Below, piece by piece: positions 35,420-43,993 of a DNA stretch of 52,417 nt. Origin of the DNA: a virus (lineage: Duplodnaviria; Caudoviricetes). Both the position numbers and the translations under genes were made by a program. Below the pieces are notes generated by a model. The model was not told the origin of the DNA. It made no database searches and saw only the letters and a list, made by a program, of their open reading frames with translations. Every line of letters starts with the position of its first letter. Within the stretch, counting starts at the first letter, position 1. The DNA lies in IMG/VR virus record IMGVR_UViG_3300045116_000082, positions 1 to 52,417 of that record, one strand, 5' to 3'.

Positions 35420-35581
35420 CTAGAACATCCCGCGCGGGCGCGGCGGCATCTGCTTGATCTGCTCGGCGACGATCTCCACGTAGTCCTGCGGCAGCGCGCA
35501 GTACTCCGGCCAGCTCCATCCCGTCAGCAGCATTAGGCTGGCGTCGGCTCGGGCTTGCTGGAGCCAGCCTGCTGCTTTTTT
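35420..35581 (-). CDS. -1 frameshift extension of the tail chaperone (gpGT-like)
   Basis: In-frame A AAA AAG at 35581-35575, hairpin AGGCTGGC/GCCAGCCT, -1 frame open to 35420 (..GWSWPEYCALP..). Confidence 0.75.
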   Translation of the reverse strand, partial: KKAAGWLQQARADASLMLLTGWSWPEYCALPQDYVEIVAEQIKQMPPRPRGMF

Positions 35582-35970
35582 GCCTCTTCCATCGCCTTCT
35601 GGTGCTCGTCGAGCGCGTTGTCGATCAGCTCGAACAGCTCCGGCTGAAGCGCCTCGAACGAGCGCCGTCCGACCGGTAGCCTGAACGACGGCTCCGGGTC
35701 GTGCGCCAGCGACCAGTCCGTGATGTATGCGCCCATGCGCGCAAACGAATACTCCGTCCACTCGATCCGCGCCGTCGGCTCGGGGTTGTCCCCGCGCGTC
35801 TTCGGCATCGCCTGTGACACGGACGACACGCTGCGCATCATGGCGCGCGTCTCGCCGACCGTCAACCGCTGCTTCACCGACACCCACAGCGGCCGGTCCG
35901 TCCCTCCGTCGTGCCACACCAGCTCGATCTTGGTCGTCTCCGGCTCCACGATCCACGGGTTCCGTCCCAC
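35533..35970 (-). CDS. Tail assembly chaperone (gpG-like)
   Basis: Directly upstream of the tape measure; ITDWSL motif; slippery site near its end. Confidence 0.75.
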   Translation of the reverse strand: MGRNPWIVEPETTKIELVWHDGGTDRPLWVSVKQRLTVGETRAMMRSVSSVSQAMPKTRGDNPEPTARIEWTEYSFARMGAYITDWSLAHDPEPSFRLPVGRRSFEALQPELFELIDNALDEHQKAMEEAKKQQAGSSKPEPTPA

Positions 35971-36090
35971 GGGCCACCTGCCTCCTTCCGCCCGGCCGGT
36001 TTACCGCCTCGTAGGAGCGCCGCCGGGCATCCGGCTACCCCTACCCCTACCCTGCGCCCCCGCGCCGCTCTACGGGGCGCCTAGCGCGTC

Positions 36091-36378
36091 CTACGGCCCC
36101 CCTAGCGGCACGTCCCGGACCTCGTCCGGCCGCCGGTCCAGCCCCAGTACCAGGTCGCTCCCGTCCCACGCCAACGCCACGCCGCCCCAGACCCATTCGA
36201 CCGGTCCGAGCCGCAACGCCACGTCAAGCGGCGCCTGCGCCAGCCACGCCTCGTTCCGTTCGCGGACGCTCGCCCGGAGGCTGAACGCCCGGCCTTGCGG
36301 CTCGATGACCCACGGCCCCAGCACGGCGGCCTCATGGTAGCCCCACCGCACGGCGCCGCTCACTCCGCTTGCACGCAT
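36091..36378 (-). CDS. Hypothetical protein
   Basis: 95-aa ORF in the tail operon. Confidence 0.5.
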   Translation of the reverse strand: MRASGVSGAVRWGYHEAAVLGPWVIEPQGRAFSLRASVRERNEAWLAQAPLDVALRLGPVEWVWGGVALAWDGSDLVLGLDRRPDEVRDVPLGGP

Positions 36379-37121
36379 GTCCCCGCTCCAAACGCTCGGC
36401 GGTACTGTCCGCCTTCATGGACGGCCGCGAATCCCCCGGTGAGCACGTCCGCCGCCCAGAGGGTCATGATCGGGCTGGTCGCCTCACGGACCATCACGCG
36501 CCGCGTCGCCCCATCGCATGCGCACGTATCGCGCTCAGCGCAGAGGCACGTCCAACCGCGCGGCAACATCCGCGACTGCTCCTCCGCATCCTCAGCGCAC
36601 CGTGCTACGAGTGGCCCGATCTGCGCTGTTAGGTTGATGGACGTCACCGGTACGGCGATGCGCGCTAGCGCGGCCGTCGCTCCGGCGAACAGCAGCGCGC
36701 GGCGGCGCACGTCCTGATCGTCGACCGACAGGCTCGGCGTCGCAACGCGAGTCGTGACGTGTAGGAACTGGAGGTCGTAGCCGAGCAACGCGAGGTCGCG
36801 CGCCTGCCGTCCGAACGGGCGGACCGGGCTACACTCCACAAGCACCCACGGCGGCCCGGCCGCCCGGATGAATGCTTCCGCCTCAGCCCACGCTGCGGCG
36901 AGATCATCGGGCGCCCCCGGCAGGTCCACGTAGCAGACGTCGTGCGCCGTCCCTGCGGGAAGCATCGCGATCCGGTCTACGATGGCGGCTCCGGCGAACC
37001 GCGCCGCAAGCACGGCCCGCCGGAATGGATCCGCCTCAGCCCGCGCGACGATCTCATGCCCTGCCAGCAGCCAACCGAGGTCGGCGCCGCCGATGCCGCT
37101 GCACAGCGACGCGATCCGCAT
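36360..37121 (-). CDS. Degenerate C5 cytosine methyltransferase-like protein
   Basis: Motif I SLCSGIGG.DLG and motif II E retained; catalytic PC and ENV are absent. Confidence 0.6.
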   Translation of the reverse strand: MRIASLCSGIGGADLGWLLAGHEIVARAEADPFRRAVLAARFAGAAIVDRIAMLPAGTAHDVCYVDLPGAPDDLAAAWAEAEAFIRAAGPPWVLVECSPVRPFGRQARDLALLGYDLQFLHVTTRVATPSLSVDDQDVRRRALLFAGATAALARIAVPVTSINLTAQIGPLVARCAEDAEEQSRMLPRGWTCLCAERDTCACDGATRRVMVREATSPIMTLWAADVLTGGFAAVHEGGQYRRAFGAGTCVQAE

Positions 37122-37128
37122 GGCCGCC

Positions 37129-37542
37129 CTACGTCGCCGACGTGTTGCGCGCCAGGTCGCCCGCCGACTGGATCGTGGTCGGTGCGTCGAGCAGCGTCCC
37201 GACCGCCCCGCCCACGGGGTTGTACTTCTCGACGACGCCGATGCCCGACCAGATCGGGTTCACGGCCGTCGAGCAGATGTTCTGCGGGCGCAGCTCCACG
37301 CACACCGTCGTCCCGACCAGCGGCCACAGTATCGCATCCCATTTGCCGGAGGCGAAGTCCTGATGCGGCGTGATGTCGATGCTCCACGCCTTCAGCCCGC
37401 CCTTGCGGATGCGCGTCGAATCGCCCATCGCCGTCTCGTCCAGCATCTCGCTGGCGTAGTTCAGCGTCACGCTCGACACGTGGTCGCTCAGGTCCGAGCC
37501 GTTGATCTCAACCTTGGCATTCCGAAAGTGCAACGTCGACAT
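37129..37542 (-). CDS. Tail tube (major tail) protein
   Basis: INGSDLS.HV.SVTL....E..D.TAMGD......GLK, NP.W.G and G.VG motifs. Confidence 0.75.
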   Translation of the reverse strand: MSTLHFRNAKVEINGSDLSDHVSSVTLNYASEMLDETAMGDSTRIRKGGLKAWSIDITPHQDFASGKWDAILWPLVGTTVCVELRPQNICSTAVNPIWSGIGVVEKYNPVGGAVGTLLDAPTTIQSAGDLARNTSAT

Positions 37543-37566
37543 GGTGTCTCTCCCTCCGTCGCTCCG

Positions 37567-37947
37567 TCATCGCTGGATGCCGATCACGGGCAGGAACTTG
37601 TAGGACTCTCCGCTGGTGGTCATCTCCCAGATCGTCCGCCAGAACCGCCGCTCCGTCGTCGTGATGGTACCGGTCGTCAGTGGCGTCGCCCACTCCGCCG
37701 TTCGCTGCGCCGTGCACGTGAACGCGAACGTCACCGTGCCGGGGTTGCCGCCCGAGTAGCCGGACGAGCTGTTGCTCAAGATGCGGACCTTCAGGCCGCC
37801 CGTCGAGCTGCTCAGCACGTGGAGCGCGGCGTATGCCTTGTAGCCGCTCCCCTGCGGCACTCCGCCTACGTCATACACGGTCCCCTGACCGCAGCTCGAC
37901 ACGGCTGTCACCGTCGCGTCCTTCAGTGGTACTGCTCTGAGGATCAT
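37567..37947 (-). CDS. Virion structural beta-sandwich protein
   Basis: YAALHV and RRFWR motifs; S/T-rich. Confidence 0.55.
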   Translation of the reverse strand: MILRAVPLKDATVTAVSSCGQGTVYDVGGVPQGSGYKAYAALHVLSSSTGGLKVRILSNSSSGYSGGNPGTVTFAFTCTAQRTAEWATPLTTGTITTTERRFWRTIWEMTTSGESYKFLPVIGIQR

Positions 37948-38240
37948 GATGCCGCCTCCGTCTCCGCAATGGCCACCGTGCCATGCATGCGCCGGAACAC
38001 CTCACCGTCCGCCCACGGCCAGATGCGCCCGGTTACCGTCATCCGCATCAGCTCTGCCCACCCCTCACCGTCGTGGGCCGCCCGGCAGCGGCGCGTAACG
38101 TCGAGGCCGTCCAGCAGCACGACCAGTTCACGCCCCGTCGCGTGGCGGTGCGCCGTCCACCCGTCGCACGTCACCAGCCCCCACGTCGCTGCCGGGGGCA
38201 TGCTTACCGGCACCGGCCCGCTGACCCTCACGGCCCGCAT
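37944..38240 (-). CDS. Hypothetical protein
   Basis: 98 aa, V.LDG.DVT.RC..A...EGW motif; coupled to both neighbours. Confidence 0.55.
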   Translation of the reverse strand: MRAVRVSGPVPVSMPPAATWGLVTCDGWTAHRHATGRELVVLLDGLDVTRRCRAAHDGEGWAELMRMTVTGRIWPWADGEVFRRMHGTVAIAETEAAS

Positions 38241-38242
38241 CG

Positions 38243-38641
38243 CTACGCCTCGATCCCTCGGCCCATGATCGACAGGTCGAACCCGAGCAGCGACCCGACA
38301 TCGCCCTTGACGTTGTACTTATCGACCACGCCCTTGGTCGAGAAGCCCATGTCGGTGGCGACGCCCTCGGTCAGCCCGTTCGCGAAGACGGTCACGATCT
38401 GGTCGTCGACGCCCACGAGGTCGAACAGGATGGCGTCGACGTGCCCGGCCGAGCCGTCCCAGTGCCCGGCGCCCGTCACGTCAACCACCTTGAGTCCGCC
38501 CTTGCGGATGCGCGTCGAGTCGCCAAAGGCCGTCTCATCCAGCATCTCCGCCGACACCGAGAGGCCGACGTTGTTGTGGTCGCCTGAGAGGTCGTAGCCT
38601 CCGACGTAGATGCGCGCGTCTCGGAAGTGAAGTGTCCCCAC
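38243..38641 (-). CDS. Tail-tube paralog
   Basis: Shares TLHFR.A and EMLDETA.GDSTRIRKGGLK with 37129..37542. Confidence 0.7.
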   Translation of the reverse strand: MGTLHFRDARIYVGGYDLSGDHNNVGLSVSAEMLDETAFGDSTRIRKGGLKVVDVTGAGHWDGSAGHVDAILFDLVGVDDQIVTVFANGLTEGVATDMGFSTKGVVDKYNVKGDVGSLLGFDLSIMGRGIEA

Positions 38642-38653
38642 GGCGTCCCCCTT

Positions 38654-39067
38654 CTATGTCGACGTGCTCGTGCTCAGTGCCTTACAGACGTTGAAGTTAC
38701 ACGCCACCAGCGTCCGCCCCGTCTCGTCTTGCCCCAAGGCGAACGGCGACTGGATCGCCTCGATCCACAGATACCGCGTCCCGTTCACCGTCCGGTCCCC
38801 GGCGCCATCCAAGAGCCGGAAGATCACGTTCATCGACGCCCGCGCCCGCTGATACGTCGCCGACCGCCGCACGATCTGGACGCTGGCCCGCTCTTCGACG
38901 GCCAACCCCGGCGCCGACGCCATCGCATGCACCGGCCCGATCCCGCCCGTCTCGACCAACTGCACGGCCTCGTCCGGCTTCTCCGGCATGAACCCGCGAT
39001 ATATCTGCGTAGTGACGCCGCCCGTCGAAAGCAGGTCTGCGAGGTCGTCCAACAGGAACGTGCCCAT
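38654..39067 (-). CDS. Tail terminator / 'minor capsid' family protein
   Basis: MPEKPD, VQI..R, I.A.QSP..LG.DE.GR....NF motifs. Confidence 0.7.
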   Translation of the reverse strand: MGTFLLDDLADLLSTGGVTTQIYRGFMPEKPDEAVQLVETGGIGPVHAMASAPGLAVEERASVQIVRRSATYQRARASMNVIFRLLDGAGDRTVNGTRYLWIEAIQSPFALGQDETGRTLVACNFNVCKALSTSTST

Positions 39068-39068
39068 C

Positions 39069-39383
39069 TCAGAACCCCGCCATCAGCAGCACGCTCCGGA
39101 TCCGCGCCGTTCGGTCGGCGACAGACCCGGCGCTGCGCGCGATGCGCTCGACCTCTAGCAACGCCAGTTCCGCATACGGCGCCAGCCGCACTTCCACGGT
39201 CGCTGCCGCGCGTCCGCCTTCCACACCCGCCACCTCCACTAGCCCCGTCGAACACGTCAGCCGGTCAGCGACTTCAGCTGCCGCGCCGTCCAGCCCGGCC
39301 ACGCCCAGCGCGGTGGCCGTCTGGTGAAGCACCCGGCGGATATTCGCGTCGAGGCGCACGTCGATGACGCTCGTCAGCTTCAT
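39069..39383 (-). CDS. Hypothetical protein
   Basis: 104-aa coupled ORF. Confidence 0.5.
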   Translation of the reverse strand: MKLTSVIDVRLDANIRRVLHQTATALGVAGLDGAAAEVADRLTCSTGLVEVAGVEGGRAAATVEVRLAPYAELALLEVERIARSAGSVADRTARIRSVLLMAGF

Positions 39384-39790
39384 CGCCTTCCCAGCGTCAT
39401 GCGCAGCAGCTCCGCCATCCGCTGCGCCAGTGTCCGCGCCGTCGCGTTAACGGCCGTCTCTAGGAACTTCCACTGCCCCACGCCATGACGCGCGCTCCGG
39501 CCTTTGGGCGACTTCGCCGGAGGCGGCGGGATCTCGTGGACATAGACGGCATACTCGGTCCCGTAGGTCAACTCGGCCCGCAGGCTCCTCGGCTTCGCAT
39601 GCACAGACACCTTGCCGCTCCGCTTCAGCACCCCCGTGTCCACCGGCGTCAGCTCCTTCGACCGCGTCATCGTCTCTTCGGCGATCAGGTTCAGCGCCAG
39701 CGCCGCGTCACGCTCGATGCCGTTGACGCTCGCCAGCATCCGGAGCCGGTCCGCCACGGGCTGCGTGATGACGTGGAAGGCGCCAGCCAT
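39380..39790 (-). CDS. HK97 gp10-like neck protein
   Basis: PVDTG.L.RS, Y.T.YA.YVHE and KFLE motifs. Confidence 0.8.
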   Translation of the reverse strand: MAGAFHVITQPVADRLRMLASVNGIERDAALALNLIAEETMTRSKELTPVDTGVLKRSGKVSVHAKPRSLRAELTYGTEYAVYVHEIPPPPAKSPKGRSARHGVGQWKFLETAVNATARTLAQRMAELLRMTLGRR

Positions 39791-39792
39791 CG

Positions 39793-40158
39793 CTATGCCC
39801 TCGTGTCCCCGAGCCGCACGACCGTCACGAACTGCCCGGCCGTGAACGGATACCGCTCGATGGCGACGATGGCCGGATTGATCGCATAGCTCTCGGTCGA
39901 TCCGACGTCACCCGTGCTCAGCGTGATCCGGTCTTCCGGACGGACCGCCGCATTGCTCATCAAGTAGACGGCCTGCTTGCTCGGCACCTCCTGCCCGTCC
40001 GCCTTCATGATCATCTTCATCTCGCCGACGACGGCGCACTGGTAGACGACGGCCGTGCCGTACGACGGCGCCCCATACGAGTCATACGTCGAGCACGGCT
40101 CGATGCTGACCCGCTGCCGCATCAGCGGCGCGAACGCGCGGACCGTCGGCACGCCCAT
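39793..40158 (-). CDS. Head closure (stopper) protein
   Basis: D.YG.P.Y, G.EV.S...VY and DRITL motifs; position after the connector. Confidence 0.65.
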   Translation of the reverse strand: MGVPTVRAFAPLMRQRVSIEPCSTYDSYGAPSYGTAVVYQCAVVGEMKMIMKADGQEVPSKQAVYLMSNAAVRPEDRITLSTGDVGSTESYAINPAIVAIERYPFTAGQFVTVVRLGDTRA

Positions 40159-40160
40159 CG

Positions 40161-40841
40161 CTACAGCCTCCGCCACGGCGCCAGCAGTTCCACGACCGGA
40201 TCCACGGCGTCATCGGCGCTCCGGTAGTTCAGCTCCAGCGGCCCCACCTTGATCCGGCTCGCGCCGGAGATGGACCCCTGATACAAGTCCGCCGCCTTCA
40301 GTAACACGGCCCGCTCGACGTCCTCGGGCAGCGTCCGCCCCGTCGTCGTCGTCGCCCAGTCGGTCCCGGTCGATGACGTGCAGGCCAGCTGCCACCCGGC
40401 CTCGTAGACCACGAACCACGGCCGCGACACGTCGGCCGGGCGCGGGTAGTCGCCCATGTAGTTCGACCACCCCATCGTCGGCGCGAAGGTGGCGTTGCTG
40501 CGCATCTCGACGAACCCGGCGTCCGGATTCTCAATGCGGTGGTCCGTCGAGCAGTACTCCGTCGCGTTGCCCGTGTCCGTCGAATCGAACATCCGCTGGA
40601 TCGCCCAGACCGGGAACCGCCCGAGGCGGAGGCGCTGCGTCCCGTAGGCGGCCACCGTCTCCGCGTAGACCTGCCGCCGCATCACGCCCGGCCCGTTCAG
40701 GATATGCCGCTCGGCCCACGCCGTCGCATCGGCCAGTGCCTTGTCCATCCCGCACGACGACGCCGTAGCGCCGAGCACGGTGAGCAGGTCGCTCATCGTG
40801 GCTAGCGCCGATTCCGTCGACGTCGTGCAGGTCCAGATCAT
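40161..40841 (-). CDS. Head-tail connector (gp6-like adaptor)
   Basis: A....E.....RQ.Y.E, V.Y.AG....P.DV..A and LL.PWR motifs. Confidence 0.7.
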   Translation of the reverse strand: MIWTCTTSTESALATMSDLLTVLGATASSCGMDKALADATAWAERHILNGPGVMRRQVYAETVAAYGTQRLRLGRFPVWAIQRMFDSTDTGNATEYCSTDHRIENPDAGFVEMRSNATFAPTMGWSNYMGDYPRPADVSRPWFVVYEAGWQLACTSSTGTDWATTTTGRTLPEDVERAVLLKAADLYQGSISGASRIKVGPLELNYRSADDAVDPVVELLAPWRRL

Positions 40842-40844
40842 TGG

Positions 40845-41642
40845 TTAGGCTCCGACCCGCGACACGACCAAGTGCAGGAACGCCACGTCAATCTCTGCGT
40901 CATCCGTCGCGTTCATGCCGCGCACGGTAAAGGTATCGTTAGCAACGGCCGCGACGATGCACGCGATAGACGCTGACCCGGTGGCCGTCGCCGCCGCATC
41001 GCGCGCAGTCTTGCAGTTGTTGACCACGGTGCCTTCCTTGAAGACGGCCCACCGGATATCTTTGGTAGCGACCTGTGGGTTGAACGAGATCTGGACGTTG
41101 ACCAGATACGTCCCGGCCACCGACACGCTGCACCCGTCATCGGTGTCCTCGCAGTCCACGTCACCGGCCTCCGCGCCCTCCGTCAGCGCCGTGAACTGCA
41201 CATACGTATCAGCAGTCGCAATCGTCAGCGTCGAGACGACGAGCGTGCCGTCGTTGTCACTGTCGCCGTCGTAGTAGAGGTTGCCATACGACTGATAGAT
41301 CAGCGTCCCGCTCGTCGTCGGCGCCACCAGCGTTGGCGTGCCCGCAGCCGCTGCCGAGGTGAACGTCACCGTCCCGCTCGTCACGCCGTTGATCTTGAAC
41401 GTGCCGGTCCCCGTCCCGGTCTGCCCTACAATGACGCTCCCGACAACGCCGAGCGTGTCAGAGGCCGCGTTATAGGACAGCCCTGCTTCTCCGGCAAACG
41501 CACCGCCGTTGTTATACTGCATATGCCCGGATGAACCGCCGGGCACGGCCGTGTTCCCCGGTACGATCTGGGTCTGGCCGGTCAACGCGATGGTCGCCGC
41601 CGCAATGCCGAACCACGCCGCCGCCCACGTCCACCGTCGCAT
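40845..41642 (-). CDS. Protein with N-terminal signal-like segment and C1q-like C-terminal domain
   Basis: PGGS..HMQYNNGGAFAG fibre-like motif; AGTYLVNVQISF jelly-roll-like strands. Confidence 0.55.
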   Translation of the reverse strand: MRRWTWAAAWFGIAAATIALTGQTQIVPGNTAVPGGSSGHMQYNNGGAFAGEAGLSYNAASDTLGVVGSVIVGQTGTGTGTFKINGVTSGTVTFTSAAAAGTPTLVAPTTSGTLIYQSYGNLYYDGDSDNDGTLVVSTLTIATADTYVQFTALTEGAEAGDVDCEDTDDGCSVSVAGTYLVNVQISFNPQVATKDIRWAVFKEGTVVNNCKTARDAAATATGSASIACIVAAVANDTFTVRGMNATDDAEIDVAFLHLVVSRVGA

Positions 41643-41644
41643 GG

Positions 41645-41953
41645 TTACTCTCCCAGCGCGAGCACGCGCACCGTCGTCCCCGTTGAAGTGGTCGTACTAG
41701 CGAGCGAGAACCCGCCCGTGCGGACCGACACGGCCAGCACGCCGCCCGCCGCAAGCCGGAAGCCACCCGTGCTCCCAACCGTACTGCCGAAGTGCGCATA
41801 GACCACATCGGCCTTGTCGTTATAGAGGATGACGGCCGTGGCGAGGAAGCCGGGATCGAATCCGATCTTGCCGATAGTCCCGGCCGCATCCGTCGTCGAC
41901 ACGACTTCCTCCGCGTAGAACTGATGCGGTCGCTGAACGTATGCCGTCGCCAT
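41645..41953 (-). CDS. Small structural (decoration-like) protein
   Basis: 102 aa, beta-rich and S/T-rich. Confidence 0.55.
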   Translation of the reverse strand: MATAYVQRPHQFYAEEVVSTTDAAGTIGKIGFDPGFLATAVILYNDKADVVYAHFGSTVGSTGGFRLAAGGVLAVSVRTGGFSLASTTTSTGTTVRVLALGE

Positions 41954-41955
41954 GG

Positions 41956-42921
41956 CTAGGCTCCCGTAATCGGATGGAAGACGCCGCGCAGCCGCAGCCG
42001 CATCAGCTCCGCCAGATACAGCTCCTCCTGCACGGCCCCGTCGATGGTCGCTAGCTCGAACACGGCCTCGTGTCGCATCTCGCCGAGCGCCTTCACGCGC
42101 CCGTCGAGCGCCGCGTGAACGGCATCGACCGTCGTCACCGGCCCGGTCGCCAGCTCATCGCGCACGCGCGTCGCCTCACCGATGGCGCCGTCCAACGCCC
42201 GGAGCCGCGTCAACATCGCGTCGCGCTTCTCCGTCAGCGACTTGTGGCGCGCGTCCAGCTCGCTCGGCTTGAAGATGCCCGTGTCCGGCTCCTTCTCGTA
42301 TCCGTACCGGTGCGTATGCTTGAGCAGCGCGCTCTGCGGCGGGATCCGCACCGTGATGCCCCGGCCGTGCGCGACGCCCAGCCAGAACTCCGCGCACGCC
42401 TTCTGGTGCGCGTACTCGGTCCCCACCACGAGGTCGATGCCGTATAGCCCGATCTCCTTGTAACCCTGATGGATGCTCCACGCGATGAGCAACGCAATCG
42501 TGCTGGTCAGGTAGTCCGTCCCGGCGCCGATGATCTCGTCGATGGGGAACCGCACTGAGGTCGGAATGGCCGCTACCCGCTGCGTCATCAGCACCGGGAT
42601 GCCGCAACCACGGAGCCACCCCTCGTGGTCCGTGCCTTCGACGTTCTCCTCGTACCAGTTCACGTGGAGGTCAGCCCAGAAGTCCGCGCGTGGGATGAAC
42701 CGGTAGAGCTGGTTCAACCCGATGATCTCCCACTCCGGGTCATCGAACGGCGCCAAGTCCCGGCTGGACGTCGCGTAACCGACGATGGCGATCTTGTCCC
42801 GCCGCCGCTCGACGAGTCCGGCCTCGGCCTCCAACACCTGCGCGCCGGACTTGCACGGATGCTGCAGGTCGATGCCCGCCACGCCCTCCGGCACCACGGC
42901 GAAGTCACGATGCGAACTCAT
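41956..42921 (-). CDS. Putative glycosyltransferase-like protein (GT29/MptE-like fold) with coiled-coil tail
   Basis: KIAIVG, APFDDP.WEI.GLN, TSTIA..IA.SI..G.KEIGLYGID, EFWLG.A.GRGI. Confidence 0.55.
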   Translation of the reverse strand: MSSHRDFAVVPEGVAGIDLQHPCKSGAQVLEAEAGLVERRRDKIAIVGYATSSRDLAPFDDPEWEIIGLNQLYRFIPRADFWADLHVNWYEENVEGTDHEGWLRGCGIPVLMTQRVAAIPTSVRFPIDEIIGAGTDYLTSTIALLIAWSIHQGYKEIGLYGIDLVVGTEYAHQKACAEFWLGVAHGRGITVRIPPQSALLKHTHRYGYEKEPDTGIFKPSELDARHKSLTEKRDAMLTRLRALDGAIGEATRVRDELATGPVTTVDAVHAALDGRVKALGEMRHEAVFELATIDGAVQEELYLAELMRLRLRGVFHPITGA

Positions 42922-43202
42922 GCCTGTCGTCCCTTCCGTTGAGGTTTCCGCGCCCCTGAAAGGACCGGGCTGGGCGCCGCTTTCGCTACGTCCGGCCCGG
43001 CCATCATCCGGTCCACGGGCGGCGCATCCAACGCCGTCCCGTGAACCGTCCCCTCTGACGGCGTCACGCGCCGTACCCACCCGGCCGCCAGCACCTCCGC
43101 GTGGCACGGGTTCTCCGTGTCGAGCAGACACCGCTCGCCGACATGGATCACCGGCCCGCGCAAGCTCAGCGACCGGCCGACCACCTCGACCAGAACGCGC
43201 AT
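42918..43202 (-). CDS. Small head-associated hypothetical protein
   Basis: 94 aa ending ..PPVDRMM..K-rich, typical of small genes following a capsid gene. Confidence 0.55.
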   Translation of the reverse strand: MRVLVEVVGRSLSLRGPVIHVGERCLLDTENPCHAEVLAAGWVRRVTPSEGTVHGTALDAPPVDRMMAGPDVAKAAPSPVLSGARKPQRKGRQA

Positions 43203-43210
43203 CGCCCGGC

Positions 43211-43906
43211 CTACGACGTGATCAGTCGCCCGGTCGACGTCGTGGTGCGCGGCGCCTCATCCGGCTGCCCGAACACCAGGCTGACCGCCACGCCCGTGGC
43301 CTGCGACCCGCCCGAGCTGGAGGCGTACATCTCCAGCAGCACGTACGGCCGCAGGTAACGGCCCGCGCCCGTCAGGTCGTAGTGCGCGTTGTAGTCGGCG
43401 TGCGCCCGGCCCGTCGCCGTGGCACTGAACGTGCCGAACGTCCCCACCGCCGTCGTCGTCGCCATGAACCCGCTGGCCAGCGTCGACGTGGTGTTCGGCC
43501 CGTAGTAGACGAACGCCTTGCCGCGCGCCTTCTCCTGCTCCGTCGAGAAGCGGTCGAAGTCGTCGGCGCAGGTCGTCGAGCTGTGGTAGAGCCACGCGCT
43601 CACGGCCGCGAACTTCGCGTCCACGGTCGACGTGCCGATCTCGATGTTCGCCACCGCCGACACGTTCACGGCGTTGTAGCCGCGTCCCAAGCCCAGCCGG
43701 TCGATGATGCGCCCGGCGATGAGGTTGGCCGTGCTGTCGCCGTTCAGCGTGCCGCAGCTGGCCGCGAAGATCGAGAAGCACTTCGTGATGGTCTTGCCCG
43801 ACATGGTCCCCGGTCCCTCGGCGCCGTCGGCCGTGGCCGTGGCCGTGGAGGGCTGCTGGCTGAAGCCAAGCACCGTCCGGAGCTGTGCAACGTCTCGTGT
43901 GATCAT
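43211..43906 (-). CDS. Capsid decoration/cement-like protein
   Basis: Follows the capsid gene; G.IIDR.G, RYLR and VFG motifs; very S/T-rich. Confidence 0.6.
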   Translation of the reverse strand: MITRDVAQLRTVLGFSQQPSTATATADGAEGPGTMSGKTITKCFSIFAASCGTLNGDSTANLIAGRIIDRLGLGRGYNAVNVSAVANIEIGTSTVDAKFAAVSAWLYHSSTTCADDFDRFSTEQEKARGKAFVYYGPNTTSTLASGFMATTTAVGTFGTFSATATGRAHADYNAHYDLTGAGRYLRPYVLLEMYASSSGGSQATGVAVSLVFGQPDEAPRTTTSTGRLITS

Positions 43907-43993
43907 GGTCCGTCTCTCCTGTGTCTGAACCCTTGGTGTCCGCAGGCGGCTCCGGATCGCCGGAACCGCCCGCTGCCATCACCTCACGCGCGC

